Of a DNA stretch of 64,000 nt, positions 27,183 through 36,422 are shown piece after piece. The stretch is from Candidatus Methylomirabilota bacterium (GTDB lineage: Bacteria > Methylomirabilota > Methylomirabilia > Methylomirabilales > 2-02-FULL-66-22). Both the position numbers and the translations under genes were made by a program. Numbering within the stretch: position 1 is the stretch's first letter; each line of letters begins with the position of its first letter. The notes beneath the pieces were generated by a model that saw only the letters and a program-made list of their open reading frames with translations, was not told the origin of the DNA and searched no databases. Location of the stretch: positions 30,381-94,380 of the forward strand of contig JACQVN010000009.1 in assembly GCA_016209735.1 (NCBI GenBank), given 5' to 3'.

Positions 27183-28333
27183 AGGTGCGGGGCTATTTCT
27201 CCCGGAGGGCGGGCTTCGCTGCCGATCGCGTGACCCTGCCGTCGACCCCTCCGCCCACCGTGGAAGAGGCCCTCGGCAGCGGCGCGTTTCTCCTGGAGCA
27301 GGCCGGCATCGAGAGCGCTCGCCTGGATGCCGAGTGCCTGTTGGGGCATGCCCTCAGCCTGCCGCGCTGGAGGCTGGCCGCGGCCCCGCAGCGCCGCCTC
27401 AGCCCCGAGGCGTTCGTGGCCTACCTCAGCCTGCTGGAGCGGCGCGAGCGGCGGGAGCCCCTGGCCTACCTGGTGGGTGGGCGGGAGTTCTGGTCGTTGC
27501 CCCTGGCGGTGAGCCGGAATGTCCTGGTGCCGCGTCCGGAGACCGAAACCGTGGTGGAAGTCGCCCTGGCGGTCTGCTACGGGACAGACCCGCTGGGGCT
27601 CGAGCCGAGCGCCGAGCGCCGAGCGCCAAGCGCCAAGCGCCAAGCGCCGAGCGCCGAGCGCCGAGCGCCGGGGACCGGGGACGGCGGGCGGCCGTCACCC
27701 TCGAACCGCGAATCCCGCCTGGCGGCGGGATCTGCGTCCCGCCGAGGCGGGACTTCGACCGCGAACCTGGAACCTCGAACTTGGAACCTGAAACCTGAAA
27801 CCTCGAATCTCTTGATCGTGGACCTGTGCACGGGGAGCGGGGCCATCGCCATTGCCCTGGCCCGCGAGCTCCCCTCGGCCACGGTGCTGGCCTCCGATAT
27901 CTCCTGGCGGGCGCTCCGCGTGGCGCGCGCCAACGCCGCCGAGCAAGGGGTTGCGGAGCGGATCACGTTCCTGCGGGGGAGCGTCTGGCGGGCGGTGGCC
28001 GGGGCCCTGGGGGACCGGCAGGCAGACGTGGTGGCCGCCAATCCTCCCTACATTCCCAGCGGCCGGATCCCGGCCTTGATGCCCGAGGTGCGCTGGGAGC
28101 CGCGGCGGGCCCTGGACGGCGGCCCCGACGGCCTGGCGATCATCCGGGACATCGTGGCGGGGGCCCCGCAGCACCTCCGGCCGGGCGGCGTGCTGCTCCT
28201 GGAGGTCGGGGCAGATCAGGGGAACGCGGTCACCGCGATGCTGGGGATCGCGGGCGCGTTCGAGGCCTGGCGCGTCGTGCCGGACCTGGCAGGGCTTGAC
28301 CGCGTCGTCGTGGCGCGACGACGCGGCAAGTGA
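27179..28333 (+). CDS. prmC: Release-factor glutamine N5-methyltransferase PrmC, with a roughly 70-aa in-frame repeat insertion
   Basis: LAYL.GGREFW...L.V...VLVPRPETE, then the insertion, then [15 protein letters not shown] and ANPPY (NPPY motif). ATGA overlap with prfA. Confidence 0.85.
27601..27808 (+). repeat. Three repeat modules inside prmC: (GCCGAGC/GCCAAGC)n, a CCCGCC..GGCGGG hairpin, and (GAACCTSG)n
   Basis: Units identical to the intergenic families at 37551-37590, 3575-3615 and 13040-13148. Confidence 0.85.
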
Positions 28334-28680
28334 AAAGTTAAAACCGACAACCGACAAGTTAAAACCGACCTGCCGGCGCCGCTGGCGCGGCAGGCAGGCA
28401 ACCGACAAGTAAAGCCGACAACCGACGAGGCAAGAGTGACTAAAGACAAGGCAAGAGGCAAGATGGACAACCGATCCTGCGGTCCGCAAGGCAAACCGAT
28501 GAATGGATTGCTGTCGTAGATGCTCCCGCCTTCGCCGGACTGCTCTTACATTTTAACTTGTCGGTTGTCGGTTTTGCATTTTAACTTGTCCACCCGGGGC
28601 GGATCGGCTTTTCATTTTGCCTTGTCGGTTGTCGGTTTTAACTTTTGACTTGTCGGTAGTCCGTTTTGCATTCCGCCGGA
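28331..28680. repeat. AT-rich foldback filling the prmC-murA spacer
   Basis: 28331-28359 (gtgaaaagttaaaaccgacaaccgacaag) pairs with 28621-28649 (cttgtcggttgtcggttttaacttttgac) at 28 of 29 positions. Further inverted units lie inside, plus a CCTGCC..GGCAGG palindrome. Confidence 0.85.
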
Positions 28681-28687
28681 GGCGTGA

Positions 28688-29944
28688 GTGGATCAGCTAG
28701 TCATCCGCGGCGGGCGGCCCCTTGCCGGGACAGTGACGGCCAGCGGCGCAAAAAATGCGGCGCTGCCTTTGATGGCGTCCTGTCTCCTCACGTCCGAACC
28801 GCTCAGGCTGGAGAACGTTCCGCGCCTGATGGATGTGCGAACCATGGCCAGGCTGCTGCGCCATGTGGGGGCGGAGGTGACCGAGGAAGGGCCCGCCAGC
28901 CTGCGCCTGCAGGCTGAAGCCCCGGGCTGCCCGGAGGCGCCCTACGATCTGGTCAAGACCATGCGGGCCTCCGTGCTGGTCCTGGGGCCTCTGGTGGCAC
29001 GCCTGGGGCGGGCCCGGGTCTCGCTCCCGGGCGGCTGCGCCATCGGGCCCCGGCCCATCAATTTACACCTCATGGGTTTGGAGCGGCTGGGCGCGCGCAT
29101 CCGCCTTAGTCACGGCTACGTCGAGGCGGAGACGGACGGGCTGACGGGGGCGCGCATTGCCTTCGATCTCCAGACGGTCACGGGCACCGAGAATCTGATG
29201 ATGGCGGCAGCGCTGGCCCGCGGCACGACGACCCTGGAGCACGCGGCCTGCGAGCCGGAGGTGGCCGACCTGGCAAGCCTGCTCAACGCCATGGGAGCGA
29301 AGATCGAGGGGGCCGGCTCCGCCACCATCACGATCCACGGCGTCCCCGCGTTGCGGGGCGCGACGCACCGGACCATCCCCGACCGGATCGAGACGGGCAC
29401 CCTGGCCGTCGCCGCGGCCATCACCGGCGGCACGGTGACGATCGAGGAGTGCCGGCCCGTGCACCTGGAGGCGGTGCTGGTCAAACTGGAGGAGAGCGGC
29501 GCCGCCCTCACCACCGGCCCGGGGACGCTCACGGTGCGAGGGGCGAGCCGGTCCCGGGCGGTGAACGTGCGCACGCAGCCGTTCCCCGGATTCGCCACCG
29601 ACATGCAGGCCCAGATGATGGCCCTCATGGCCGTGGCCTCCGGGCGGAGCGTCATCACCGAGGCGGTCTTCGAGAATCGGTTCATGCACGTCAACGAACT
29701 GTTGCGCATGGGGGCGGACATCACGACCGCCGGCAACACGGCCGTAGTGCAAGGGGTGCCGGGGCTCCTGGGCGCCCCGGTGATGGCCACGGACCTTCGC
29801 GCCAGCGCCTCCTTGGTGCTGGCCGCCCTGGCGGCGCGCGGGACCACCACGGTCTCTCGAATCTACCACCTGGACCGCGGCTACGAGGCCCTCGAGGAGA
29901 AGCTGCGCCTCCTGGGCGCAGATATCGAGCGGGTGAAAGCGTGA
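28688..29944 (+). CDS. murA: UDP-N-acetylglucosamine 1-carboxyvinyltransferase
   Basis: L.IRGG.PL.G.V..SGAKNAALP, LPGGCAIG.RPI (active-site Cys), and the C-terminal IYHLDRGYE. Confidence 0.95.
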   Translation: MDQLVIRGGRPLAGTVTASGAKNAALPLMASCLLTSEPLRLENVPRLMDVRTMARLLRHVGAEVTEEGPASLRLQAEAPGCPEAPYDLVKTMRASVLVLGPLVARLGRARVSLPGGCAIGPRPINLHLMGLERLGARIRLSHGYVEAETDGLTGARIAFDLQTVTGTENLMMAAALARGTTTLEHAACEPEVADLASLLNAMGAKIEGAGSATITIHGVPALRGATHRTIPDRIETGTLAVAAAITGGTVTIEECRPVHLEAVLVKLEESGAALTTGPGTLTVRGASRSRAVNVRTQPFPGFATDMQAQMMALMAVASGRSVITEAVFENRFMHVNELLRMGADITTAGNTAVVQGVPGLLGAPVMATDLRASASLVLAALAARGTTTVSRIYHLDRGYEALEEKLRLLGADIERVKA

Positions 29945-30428
29945 CATGTTAAAATGCAAAACCGACAACGGACAAGTCAAAAGTTAAAACCGACAACCGA
30001 CAAGTGAAAAATTGAGGCCGCAACCGACAACGGACAAGTGAAAAGTTAAAGCCGAGAATGGACAGCGGTGTCGTGTCTCCCTGCAGAATTGCCCGACATA
30101 TCCAGGGCGTATCCTCCCGGCGTCATTCCCGCGCAAGCGGGAATCCAGATTTGGGCCATCCCCGAGTGAGGCATTCGGAGACGGGTGGGCTTCCGCTCCC
30201 CGATAGGGGCTTTCTGGGACAGGCTTCACGGGAGCGATGAGAGTTTTCATGACCGCACTCGTGCAAACGCAGAGATGTTGCCGGATATATCGAGGAGTGC
30301 TGCTATCAGACACCAGTCCTACTCCTTCGGCTGGTATCACTTTTGACTTGTCGGTTGTCGGTTTGAACTTGTCGGTTCGCACTTGTCGGATTTGACTTGT
30401 CGGTTGTCGGTTTTGCATTTTAACTTGA
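29945..30428. repeat. AT-rich foldback filling the murA-hisG spacer, with a unique core of about 270 bp
   Basis: 29948-29978 (gttaaaatgcaaaaccgacaacggacaagtc) pairs with 30394-30424 at 30 of 31 positions. The core contains a GTCATTCCCGCGCAAGCGGGAATCCAG hairpin. Confidence 0.85.
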
Positions 30429-30437
30429 GTGCTGTCC

Positions 30438-31097
30438 ATGACTTCTGATCGGATTGCCATTGCCCTCCCCAAGGGCCGCCTGTTCGACGAGACGACCGGT
30501 CTCTTCATTCGCCTGGGGATAGGCGGGGTGGAGACCTTGGCGGATACGCGGCGGTTGACCTACGAGGATGCCGACGGCCGGTTTCGCTTCCTGAACTTGA
30601 AGCCCGTGGACATCCCGGTTTACGTGGAGCACGGCGCAGCGGATCTGGGGATCGTGGGCAAGGACCTTTTGCTGGAACAGGGGCGAGACGTGTACGAGCC
30701 GCTGGACCTGGGCTTCGGCCGCTGCCGGTTGGTGGTGGCGGAGCCGGTGGATCTCTCCCGACGGGACGACCCCGCCTCCTGGGCCTGCCTCCGGGTGGCC
30801 ACCAAGTACCCCCGGCTGGCCGAGCGGCACTTCAACCAGAAGGGAGTTCAGGTGGAAATCGTCCACCTCTCCGGCTCCGTAGAGCTGGCCCCGGCCATGG
30901 GGCTGGCCGAGCGGATCGTGGATCTGGTGGACAGCGGGCGGACCCTCCGGGAAAACGGCCTGGTGGAGGTGGAAGAGATCCTCAGGACCTCGGCCCGGCT
31001 CATCGTGAACCGGGCCAGCCTGAAGACCCGCTATGGCGCGGTGCAGGAGCTGATCGACGGCCTGCGGAAAGAGACGGCGGGGAGGATGGCGGCATGA
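30438..31097 (+). CDS. hisG: ATP phosphoribosyltransferase, short form
   Basis: IAIALPKGRL..., DIPVYVEHGAADLGIVGKD, and LVDSGRTLRENGL. Confidence 0.9.
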   Translation: MTSDRIAIALPKGRLFDETTGLFIRLGIGGVETLADTRRLTYEDADGRFRFLNLKPVDIPVYVEHGAADLGIVGKDLLLEQGRDVYEPLDLGFGRCRLVVAEPVDLSRRDDPASWACLRVATKYPRLAERHFNQKGVQVEIVHLSGSVELAPAMGLAERIVDLVDSGRTLRENGLVEVEEILRTSARLIVNRASLKTRYGAVQELIDGLRKETAGRMAA

Positions 31098-32389
31098 GGC
31101 TTCTGATGGCGGATTCGGAGGATTGCCGGAGATTCCTGGCCGCCCTGGCCGCCCGCGCCCAGGCGCCGGATCCCGAGGTGGAGGCGTCGGTCCGGCGCAT
31201 CCTGGAGGCTGTGCGGCAGCGGGGGGATGCCGCCCTCTTCGAGTACTGCGAGAAGTTCGACGGCCTGCGCCTGACCGCCGAGACCGTTCGCGTGCCAGAC
31301 GCGGAGATGACGGCCGCGGCGGCGGCCCAGCCGGCGCCGCTCCTCGCGGCCCTGCGCCTGGCGGCGGATCGCATCGCGGCCTTCCACCGGCGGCAGCTCC
31401 GGCAGTCCTGGCTTTCCGAGGAGGGCGGGATCGGTCTCACCGGCCAACTGGTCCGGCCCCTGGCGCGCGTCGGTCTCTACGTTCCCGGCGGCACCGCGGC
31501 CTATCCCTCGTCGGTGCTCATGAACGCCATCCCCGCGGTCGTGGCGGGTGTCGCCGAGATTGCCGTGTGCACACCGGCCGGCCGAGACGGGCGCATCCCG
31601 AGCGCGGTCCTGGCGGCGGCCCAGCTTGCCGGGATCCGCGAGGTCTACCGCGTCGGCGGGGCGCAGGCCATCGCGGCGCTGGCCTTCGGAACGAGAAGCA
31701 TCCCGCGCGTGGACAAGATCGTCGGCCCGGGGAACATCTACGTGGTGACGGCCAAGCGTCTGCTCTTCGGGGTGGTGGGCATCGACATGGTGGCCGGGCC
31801 GAGTGAGGTGCTGGTCATCGCCGACGAGACGGCCGTCCCCTCCTTCGTGGCTGCGGACCTCCTGGCGCAGGCCGAGCACGACCCGCTGGCCTCCGCGGTC
31901 TGTCTGACCCCGTCCCGCAGGCAGGCCGAGGCGGTGCGGGCCGAAGTCCTCCGCCAGCTTGCGGACTTGCCTCGACGCGAGACGGCGCAGCGCGCCCTGG
32001 CGCAGTACGGGGCGGTGGTGCTGGTGCCCGATCTCCCGGCGGCGGCGGCGCTGGCCAACCGCATCGCTCCCGAGCACCTGGAGCTCTTGGTGGCGGATCC
32101 GTGGGGGCTCCTCCCCGCGCTGCGCGCGGCCGGCGCCCTGTTCCTGGGGGCCCATAGCCCGGAGGTGGCCGGCGACTATCTGGCGGGACCCAACCACGTG
32201 CTGCCCACGGCCGGCTCCGCCCGCTGGGGCTCGCCCCTGTCGGCGGAGGATTTCCAGAAGCGCTCCTCGCTGGTCTGCCTCCGGCCCGAGGCGCTCAGGG
32301 ACTGGCGGGAGCCGCTCCTCCAACTGGCGCGACAGGAAGGGCTGGAGGCCCACGCCCGCTCCATCGCGATCCGGACGGAAGCCCCATGA
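31094..32389 (+). CDS. hisD: Histidinol dehydrogenase
   Basis: YVPGG.AAYPSSVLM, AGPSEVLVIAD, AQAEHD, and GDY.AGPNHVLPT. Confidence 0.95.
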   Translation: MRLLMADSEDCRRFLAALAARAQAPDPEVEASVRRILEAVRQRGDAALFEYCEKFDGLRLTAETVRVPDAEMTAAAAAQPAPLLAALRLAADRIAAFHRRQLRQSWLSEEGGIGLTGQLVRPLARVGLYVPGGTAAYPSSVLMNAIPAVVAGVAEIAVCTPAGRDGRIPSAVLAAAQLAGIREVYRVGGAQAIAALAFGTRSIPRVDKIVGPGNIYVVTAKRLLFGVVGIDMVAGPSEVLVIADETAVPSFVAADLLAQAEHDPLASAVCLTPSRRQAEAVRAEVLRQLADLPRRETAQRALAQYGAVVLVPDLPAAAALANRIAPEHLELLVADPWGLLPALRAAGALFLGAHSPEVAGDYLAGPNHVLPTAGSARWGSPLSAEDFQKRSSLVCLRPEALRDWREPLLQLARQEGLEAHARSIAIRTEAP

Positions 32390-33486
32390 GCTTCGATCTC
32401 ACGCGCGCCCTCCGCCCGGAGGTGCGGGCCCTGACGGCCTACCACGCGGGTCCGGGTCCGAGCGGGCGGCCGGTGAAGCTGGACGCCAACGAGAGCCCGT
32501 TCCTCCTGGGGGAGGCCATCCGCGGCGAGCTGGCGGCGGAGCTGGCGGCGGCCCTGGGAAGCGTCGAGCTGCACCGCTACCCGGATCCCGAGGCGCGCGA
32601 GCTGAAGGCGCTGCTCGCCCGCGAGCTCCGCGTCCCCGCGGAACAGCTCCTGGCGACGAACGGCTCGGACGAAGGGATCCATCTCCTCCTCTCGGCGGCG
32701 GTGGGACCGGTGCTGGCGCCGGTGCCGACCTTCGTCATGTACGAGCTGGGGGCGCGGGCCCTGGCCCGGGGTTTCGTGGGGGTGCCGCTCATGGCGGACT
32801 TCCGCTTCGATCTGCCGGGCTTCCTGAAGGGGCTGGAACAGGCGCGGCCCACGCTGGTCTTCCTGGCCTGGCCCAACAACCCCACGGGGGGGCTCATCGA
32901 GGAGGAGGCGCTGGAGGCCATCTTGCGGGCCTGCGCCGGATCCGTCTGCCACGCCCTGGTGGTGGTGGACGAGGCCTACACAGAGTATTCCGGGCGGACC
33001 GTCCTCTCCTGGCTCGGCCGCCATCCCAATCTGGTCATCCTGCGGACCCTCTCGAAGATCGGACTGGCGGGGATTCGCCTCGGCATGCTGATCGCCGCGC
33101 CGGCCCTGGTGGTGGAGATCGACAAGATTCGCCCGCCATACAACGTCAACGCCCTCAGCCAGGCGGCGGCACGCGTGGTGCTGGCCTATGGGGAGGTGGT
33201 GGCCCGCCATGCCGCCACCATCGTTGCCGAGCGGGAGCGCATTCTTGCCGCCCTGGCGGAATTGGCGGGCGCCACGGCCTTCCCCAGCCGCGCCAATTTC
33301 TTTCTCCTGCGCACGGCTCGGCCGGGCGATCGCGTCTTTCAGGGGCTCTTGGAGCGCGGGATCCTGGTGCGGAACTTTTCCCGGGCGCCCTACCTGGCAG
33401 ACTGCCTCCGCGTGACCGTCGGCACGCCCGAAGAGAACGACGCCTTCCTGGCGGCGCTTCGCGCCGTGCTGGAAGCGGAGAGGTGA
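32386..33486 (+). CDS. hisC: Histidinol-phosphate aminotransferase
   Basis: KLDANESP, NNPTG, VVDEAY.EY, and TLSKIGLAGIRLG (PLP Lys). Confidence 0.9.
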   Translation: MSFDLTRALRPEVRALTAYHAGPGPSGRPVKLDANESPFLLGEAIRGELAAELAAALGSVELHRYPDPEARELKALLARELRVPAEQLLATNGSDEGIHLLLSAAVGPVLAPVPTFVMYELGARALARGFVGVPLMADFRFDLPGFLKGLEQARPTLVFLAWPNNPTGGLIEEEALEAILRACAGSVCHALVVVDEAYTEYSGRTVLSWLGRHPNLVILRTLSKIGLAGIRLGMLIAAPALVVEIDKIRPPYNVNALSQAAARVVLAYGEVVARHAATIVAERERILAALAELAGATAFPSRANFFLLRTARPGDRVFQGLLERGILVRNFSRAPYLADCLRVTVGTPEENDAFLAALRAVLEAER

Positions 33487-33534
33487 TCTCAATACGGTTT
33501 CCTTTACCGCACGGCACGACGCCACCGTTAGAGC

Positions 33535-33623
33535 AAATCCCCCCAACCCCCCTTTGCCAAAGGGGGGCGAGGCCTGCCTGCGCCAGGCGAAGCGCCTGCC
33601 TGTGCGTGCCGCACGCAGCCAGG
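33535..33623. repeat. AAATCCCCCC...GGGGGGATTT palindrome with a nested CCTGCCTG...CAGGCAGG element (33573-33614)
   Basis: The interruption is at the same position (GCGAGG / GGGGATTT) as in 7420-7583. Confidence 0.75.
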
Positions 33624-33679
33624 CGGCAGGCAGGGGGGATTTCGCCGGGTGATGGCCTACGCGAGCTGAATTGGGGGTA

Positions 33680-33818
33680 CCTGGTTTTTGCGCTCGGCGC
33701 GCAAGAACCAAACAGGGTGGAGCAGAGAATTTTGGTCGGTGTTCACTGCCGGCGAGTCCCCCAAGGGTTCCCTGATGTGTTTCAATTATGGTTTTTGCGT
33801 GCCAGCGCAAAAACCAGG
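33680..33818 (+). mobile_element. MITE/PATE-like element, copy 3 (internal-deletion derivative, both terminal hairpins intact)
   Basis: Shares the first 55 nt and the last 70 nt with copy 1/2 and lacks about 115 nt of core. Its right end ...AAAACCAGG runs into AGGTAGC-ATG of hisB. Confidence 0.75.
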
Positions 33819-33825
33819 AGGTAGC

Positions 33826-34422
33826 ATGGGCCGCTCCGCGAGTATCGTCCGGACCACCTCGGAAACCGACATTCGCATCCAGCTCGAGCTCGACGGCCGC
33901 GGAGAGCACCAGATCGCCACGGGCATCCCCTTCCTGGATCACATGCTGGCCCAGGTGGCGCGCCACGGCCGGTTCGACCTTCGGGTGCAGGCGGCCGGCG
34001 ATCTGCCCGTGGACCTGCACCACACCGTGGAGGACGTGGGGATCGCCCTGGGCGACGCCTTCACCTCTGCGCTGGGGGACAAGGCGGGCATCGTCCGCTA
34101 CGGCGCCGCGCGCGTTCCCATGGACGAGGCTTTGGCCGGCTGCGTCCTCGACCTGTCCGGCCGGCCCTACCTGGCGTTCCAGGCTCCCCAGATCCGGGGC
34201 GGCCGCATCGGGGGGTTCGACGCCGACCTGGTGCGGGAATTTTTTCAGGGGCTGACCAATCACCTGCGGGCCAACCTGCATCTCCAGGTAGAGTACGGGG
34301 GCAACCTCCACCACATGGTGGAGGCGGCCTTCAAGGCGCTGGGCCGGGCCCTGGACCAGGCCACCCGGCTGGATCCGCGGATGGAGGGGGTTGTTCCCTC
34401 TACCAAAGGGAGCCTCGGGTAA
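33826..34422 (+). CDS. hisB: Imidazoleglycerol-phosphate dehydratase
   Basis: R.T.ETDI...L.LDG......[23 protein letters not shown], and HHMVEA.FKA. Confidence 0.9.
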   Translation: MGRSASIVRTTSETDIRIQLELDGRGEHQIATGIPFLDHMLAQVARHGRFDLRVQAAGDLPVDLHHTVEDVGIALGDAFTSALGDKAGIVRYGAARVPMDEALAGCVLDLSGRPYLAFQAPQIRGGRIGGFDADLVREFFQGLTNHLRANLHLQVEYGGNLHHMVEAAFKALGRALDQATRLDPRMEGVVPSTKGSLG

Positions 34423-34531
34423 GGATTTGCGATTGCCGATTGGGGCACAGCGCAAAGCGCACGGAGCACAGCGCACAGCGCGCGGGGCACAGAGCACAGG
34501 GCAGCGATTACGGGGCAGCGAGCAGCTGGCA

Positions 34532-34562
34532 GGTGTAGGGGCGGCCCTGTGTGGCCGCCCGA
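34532..34562 (+). repeat. GTAG-REP hairpin, copy 6
   Basis: GGTGTAGGGGCGGCCCTGTGTGGCCGCCCGA. Confidence 0.8.
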
Positions 34563-34949
34563 CACCGGGCGCGGGGGACGGGGCAGCGGTTAGCTGGCAG
34601 CGGGTAGCGGGCACAGCGCACGGGGCACGGCGCACAGCGCACAGGGCATAGGGTAGCTGGCAGAAGTCAGGGGTCAGTAGTCAGCGGGCAGCGGGCGGTG
34701 GAGCGGGGGGAACGGACCATGGACCATGGATAGCAGGGCGCGTTGAACGTGGAACGTGGAACGTTGAACGTTTAACGTGCGAAGCAGGCCGTACCGTTCT
34801 TATCATGAGTGGGCGGGCATGAAGCCCACCCCTACGCAACCACAACCGATCACGGCCCACGGGAGTCGTCGTAGGGGAGGAGTGTATCCCCTCCCGACGG
34901 GTTGCGCGTTCATGGCGTAGGGATGTGGGTGGAAGCCGGCAGCGGGCCA

Positions 34950-34981
34950 GGTGTAGGGGCGGCCCCATGTGGCCGGCCCGG
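34950..34981 (+). repeat. GTAG-REP hairpin, copy 7
   Basis: GGTGTAGGGGCGGCCCCATGTGGCCGGCCCGG. Confidence 0.8.
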
Positions 34982-35267
34982 CACAGGGCACGGGGCAGCG
35001 GGCAGGAGGGCGAGCCGCAGCGAGATCCCGCCGGGAGGCGGGACAGCGGGCAGCCGGCAGGAAGGCAGGGGGCAATCGGGTAACCCATGATCCGAAGGCG
35101 GCGATGCGTAACGCGTAACACGTAACACGTGAAACGTGAAGCGGTAAAACGGGAAAGGCGGAGATACTGCCTGCGGTTATTCGTTCGCTGCCTGTTGCGA
35201 GCTGCCTGTTGCCTGCTGGAACGGATGCCCCTCTTGCGACTCTGGTTGTTTTCGTGCGAGGTATTTG

Positions 35268-35903
35268 ATGATCGCTATCATCGACTCGGGGATCGCCAAC
35301 CTGCGGAGCGTGGAGAAGGGCTTCGCCCGGCTGGGCGTACCGGCGGAGATCGTGGAGGCGCCCGAGCGTCTGGCGGAGGCTGCCGGGATCGTCCTCCCCG
35401 GCGTGGGGGCCTTCGCCGACGGGATCGCCAAGCTCCGCGGCCACGGCTTCATCGAGCCCCTCCAGCGCGCCATCGAAAAGGGGACGCCGGTCTTGGGAAT
35501 CTGCCTCGGCCTCCACTTCCTCTTCTCCGAGAGCGAGGAGTTCGGCCGGCACCGGGGCCTCGACCTACTGTCGGGACGGGTGCGTCGCTTCGGCGACGCC
35601 ATGCCCGACCCGCGCGTGCCGGCAGCGCGGCTCAAGGTGCCCCACATGGGCTGGAACCGGGTGCGGATCGAGCGAGACGCTCCCATTTTCCGGGGGCTGC
35701 CCGAGGAGCCGTTCTTTTACTTTGTTCACTCCTACTATGTCGAGCCGGCGGATCCGGAGGTCACGGCGGCGACCGCCGAGTACGGGCTGCGCTTCACCGC
35801 GGCGATCTGGCGGGACAACCTCTTCGCCACGCAGTTCCATCCGGAGAAGAGCCAGGCGCTGGGCCTCAAGCTGCTGGAGAACTTCGCGGCGCTGGCCCGG
35901 TAG
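35268..35903 (+). CDS. hisH: Imidazole glycerol phosphate synthase, glutamine amidotransferase subunit
   Basis: IAIIDSG.ANLRSV, LPGVGAF, GICLGLH (catalytic Cys), and QFHPEKS. Confidence 0.9.
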   Translation: MIAIIDSGIANLRSVEKGFARLGVPAEIVEAPERLAEAAGIVLPGVGAFADGIAKLRGHGFIEPLQRAIEKGTPVLGICLGLHFLFSESEEFGRHRGLDLLSGRVRRFGDAMPDPRVPAARLKVPHMGWNRVRIERDAPIFRGLPEEPFFYFVHSYYVEPADPEVTAATAEYGLRFTAAIWRDNLFATQFHPEKSQALGLKLLENFAALAR

Positions 35904-35947
35904 TGTCGTGCTGCGCGATGGCCTTGCCGGTCTCCCGCCGGCCGGTT

Positions 35948-36023
35948 TCCCCTCACCCCAGCCCTCTCCCCCGCCCCGCCTCTGGCGGGGTACCCGGCGG
36001 GGAGAGGGAGAGAGGGTGAGGGG
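35948..36023. repeat. CCCCTCACCCC...CTCTCCCC-N-GGGGAGAG...GGGTGAGGGG palindromic repeat
   Basis: Inverted arms around gccccgcctctggcggggtacccggc. Confidence 0.65.
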
Positions 36024-36140
36024 CGAAGAACGAGCGGAAAGCTCCTTGGGGCACACTATTTTACTGGGCCACGGGAATCCGGCGATTCGGCAATTCGCCC
36101 GGGCCCGAGGGAACCGGTTCATCGCTTCGGATCGTGGCAA

Positions 36141-36230
36141 TGTAAAATTGAGAATGCAAAATGGAAAACCGGCCAACGGAGGCCGGCCATTGGACGGTTT
36201 TGAATTGTCAGTTTTACCTTTTGCATTTCG
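36141..36230. repeat. AAATGCAAAA-type AT-rich hairpin
   Basis: tgtaaaattgagaatgcaaaatggaaaaccggcc ... ggccattggacggttttgaattgtcagttttaccttttgcatt. Confidence 0.75.
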
Positions 36231-36332
36231 CATGGGTGGCGTCCTGGCGGTTTCGCCGTGTTGAATCGGAGTCAGCGCCAATACTGTTCACATAGCTCGC
36301 ATAGCGTCGGACACTGGCGCTTGCGTTCGAGC

Positions 36333-36380
36333 AAATCCCCCTGTCCCCCCCTTTGTCAAAGGGGGGCGAGGGGGGATTTC
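36333..36380. repeat. AAATCCCCC...CCCCCTTTGTCAAAGGGGGG...GGGGGGATTT palindrome, uninterrupted copy
   Basis: Compare 7420-7583, 33535-33623 and 40400-40446. Confidence 0.75.
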
Positions 36381-36422
36381 ATCCGGCGGACGTGTTAAGT
36401 AAACCGCGTTGGGGTTAGCGCC

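Larger units (their letters stand above)
34430..35232. repeat. 800-bp composite repeat spacer between hisB and hisH
   Basis: GCACAGSG units, two GTAG-REPs plus diverged GTAGGGG variants, GGACCAT units, AACGTGR units, CCGTACC, ACGTAAC units, and a terminal TTCGTTCGCTGCCTGTTGC...GGAACGG module. All read directly. Confidence 0.85.
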
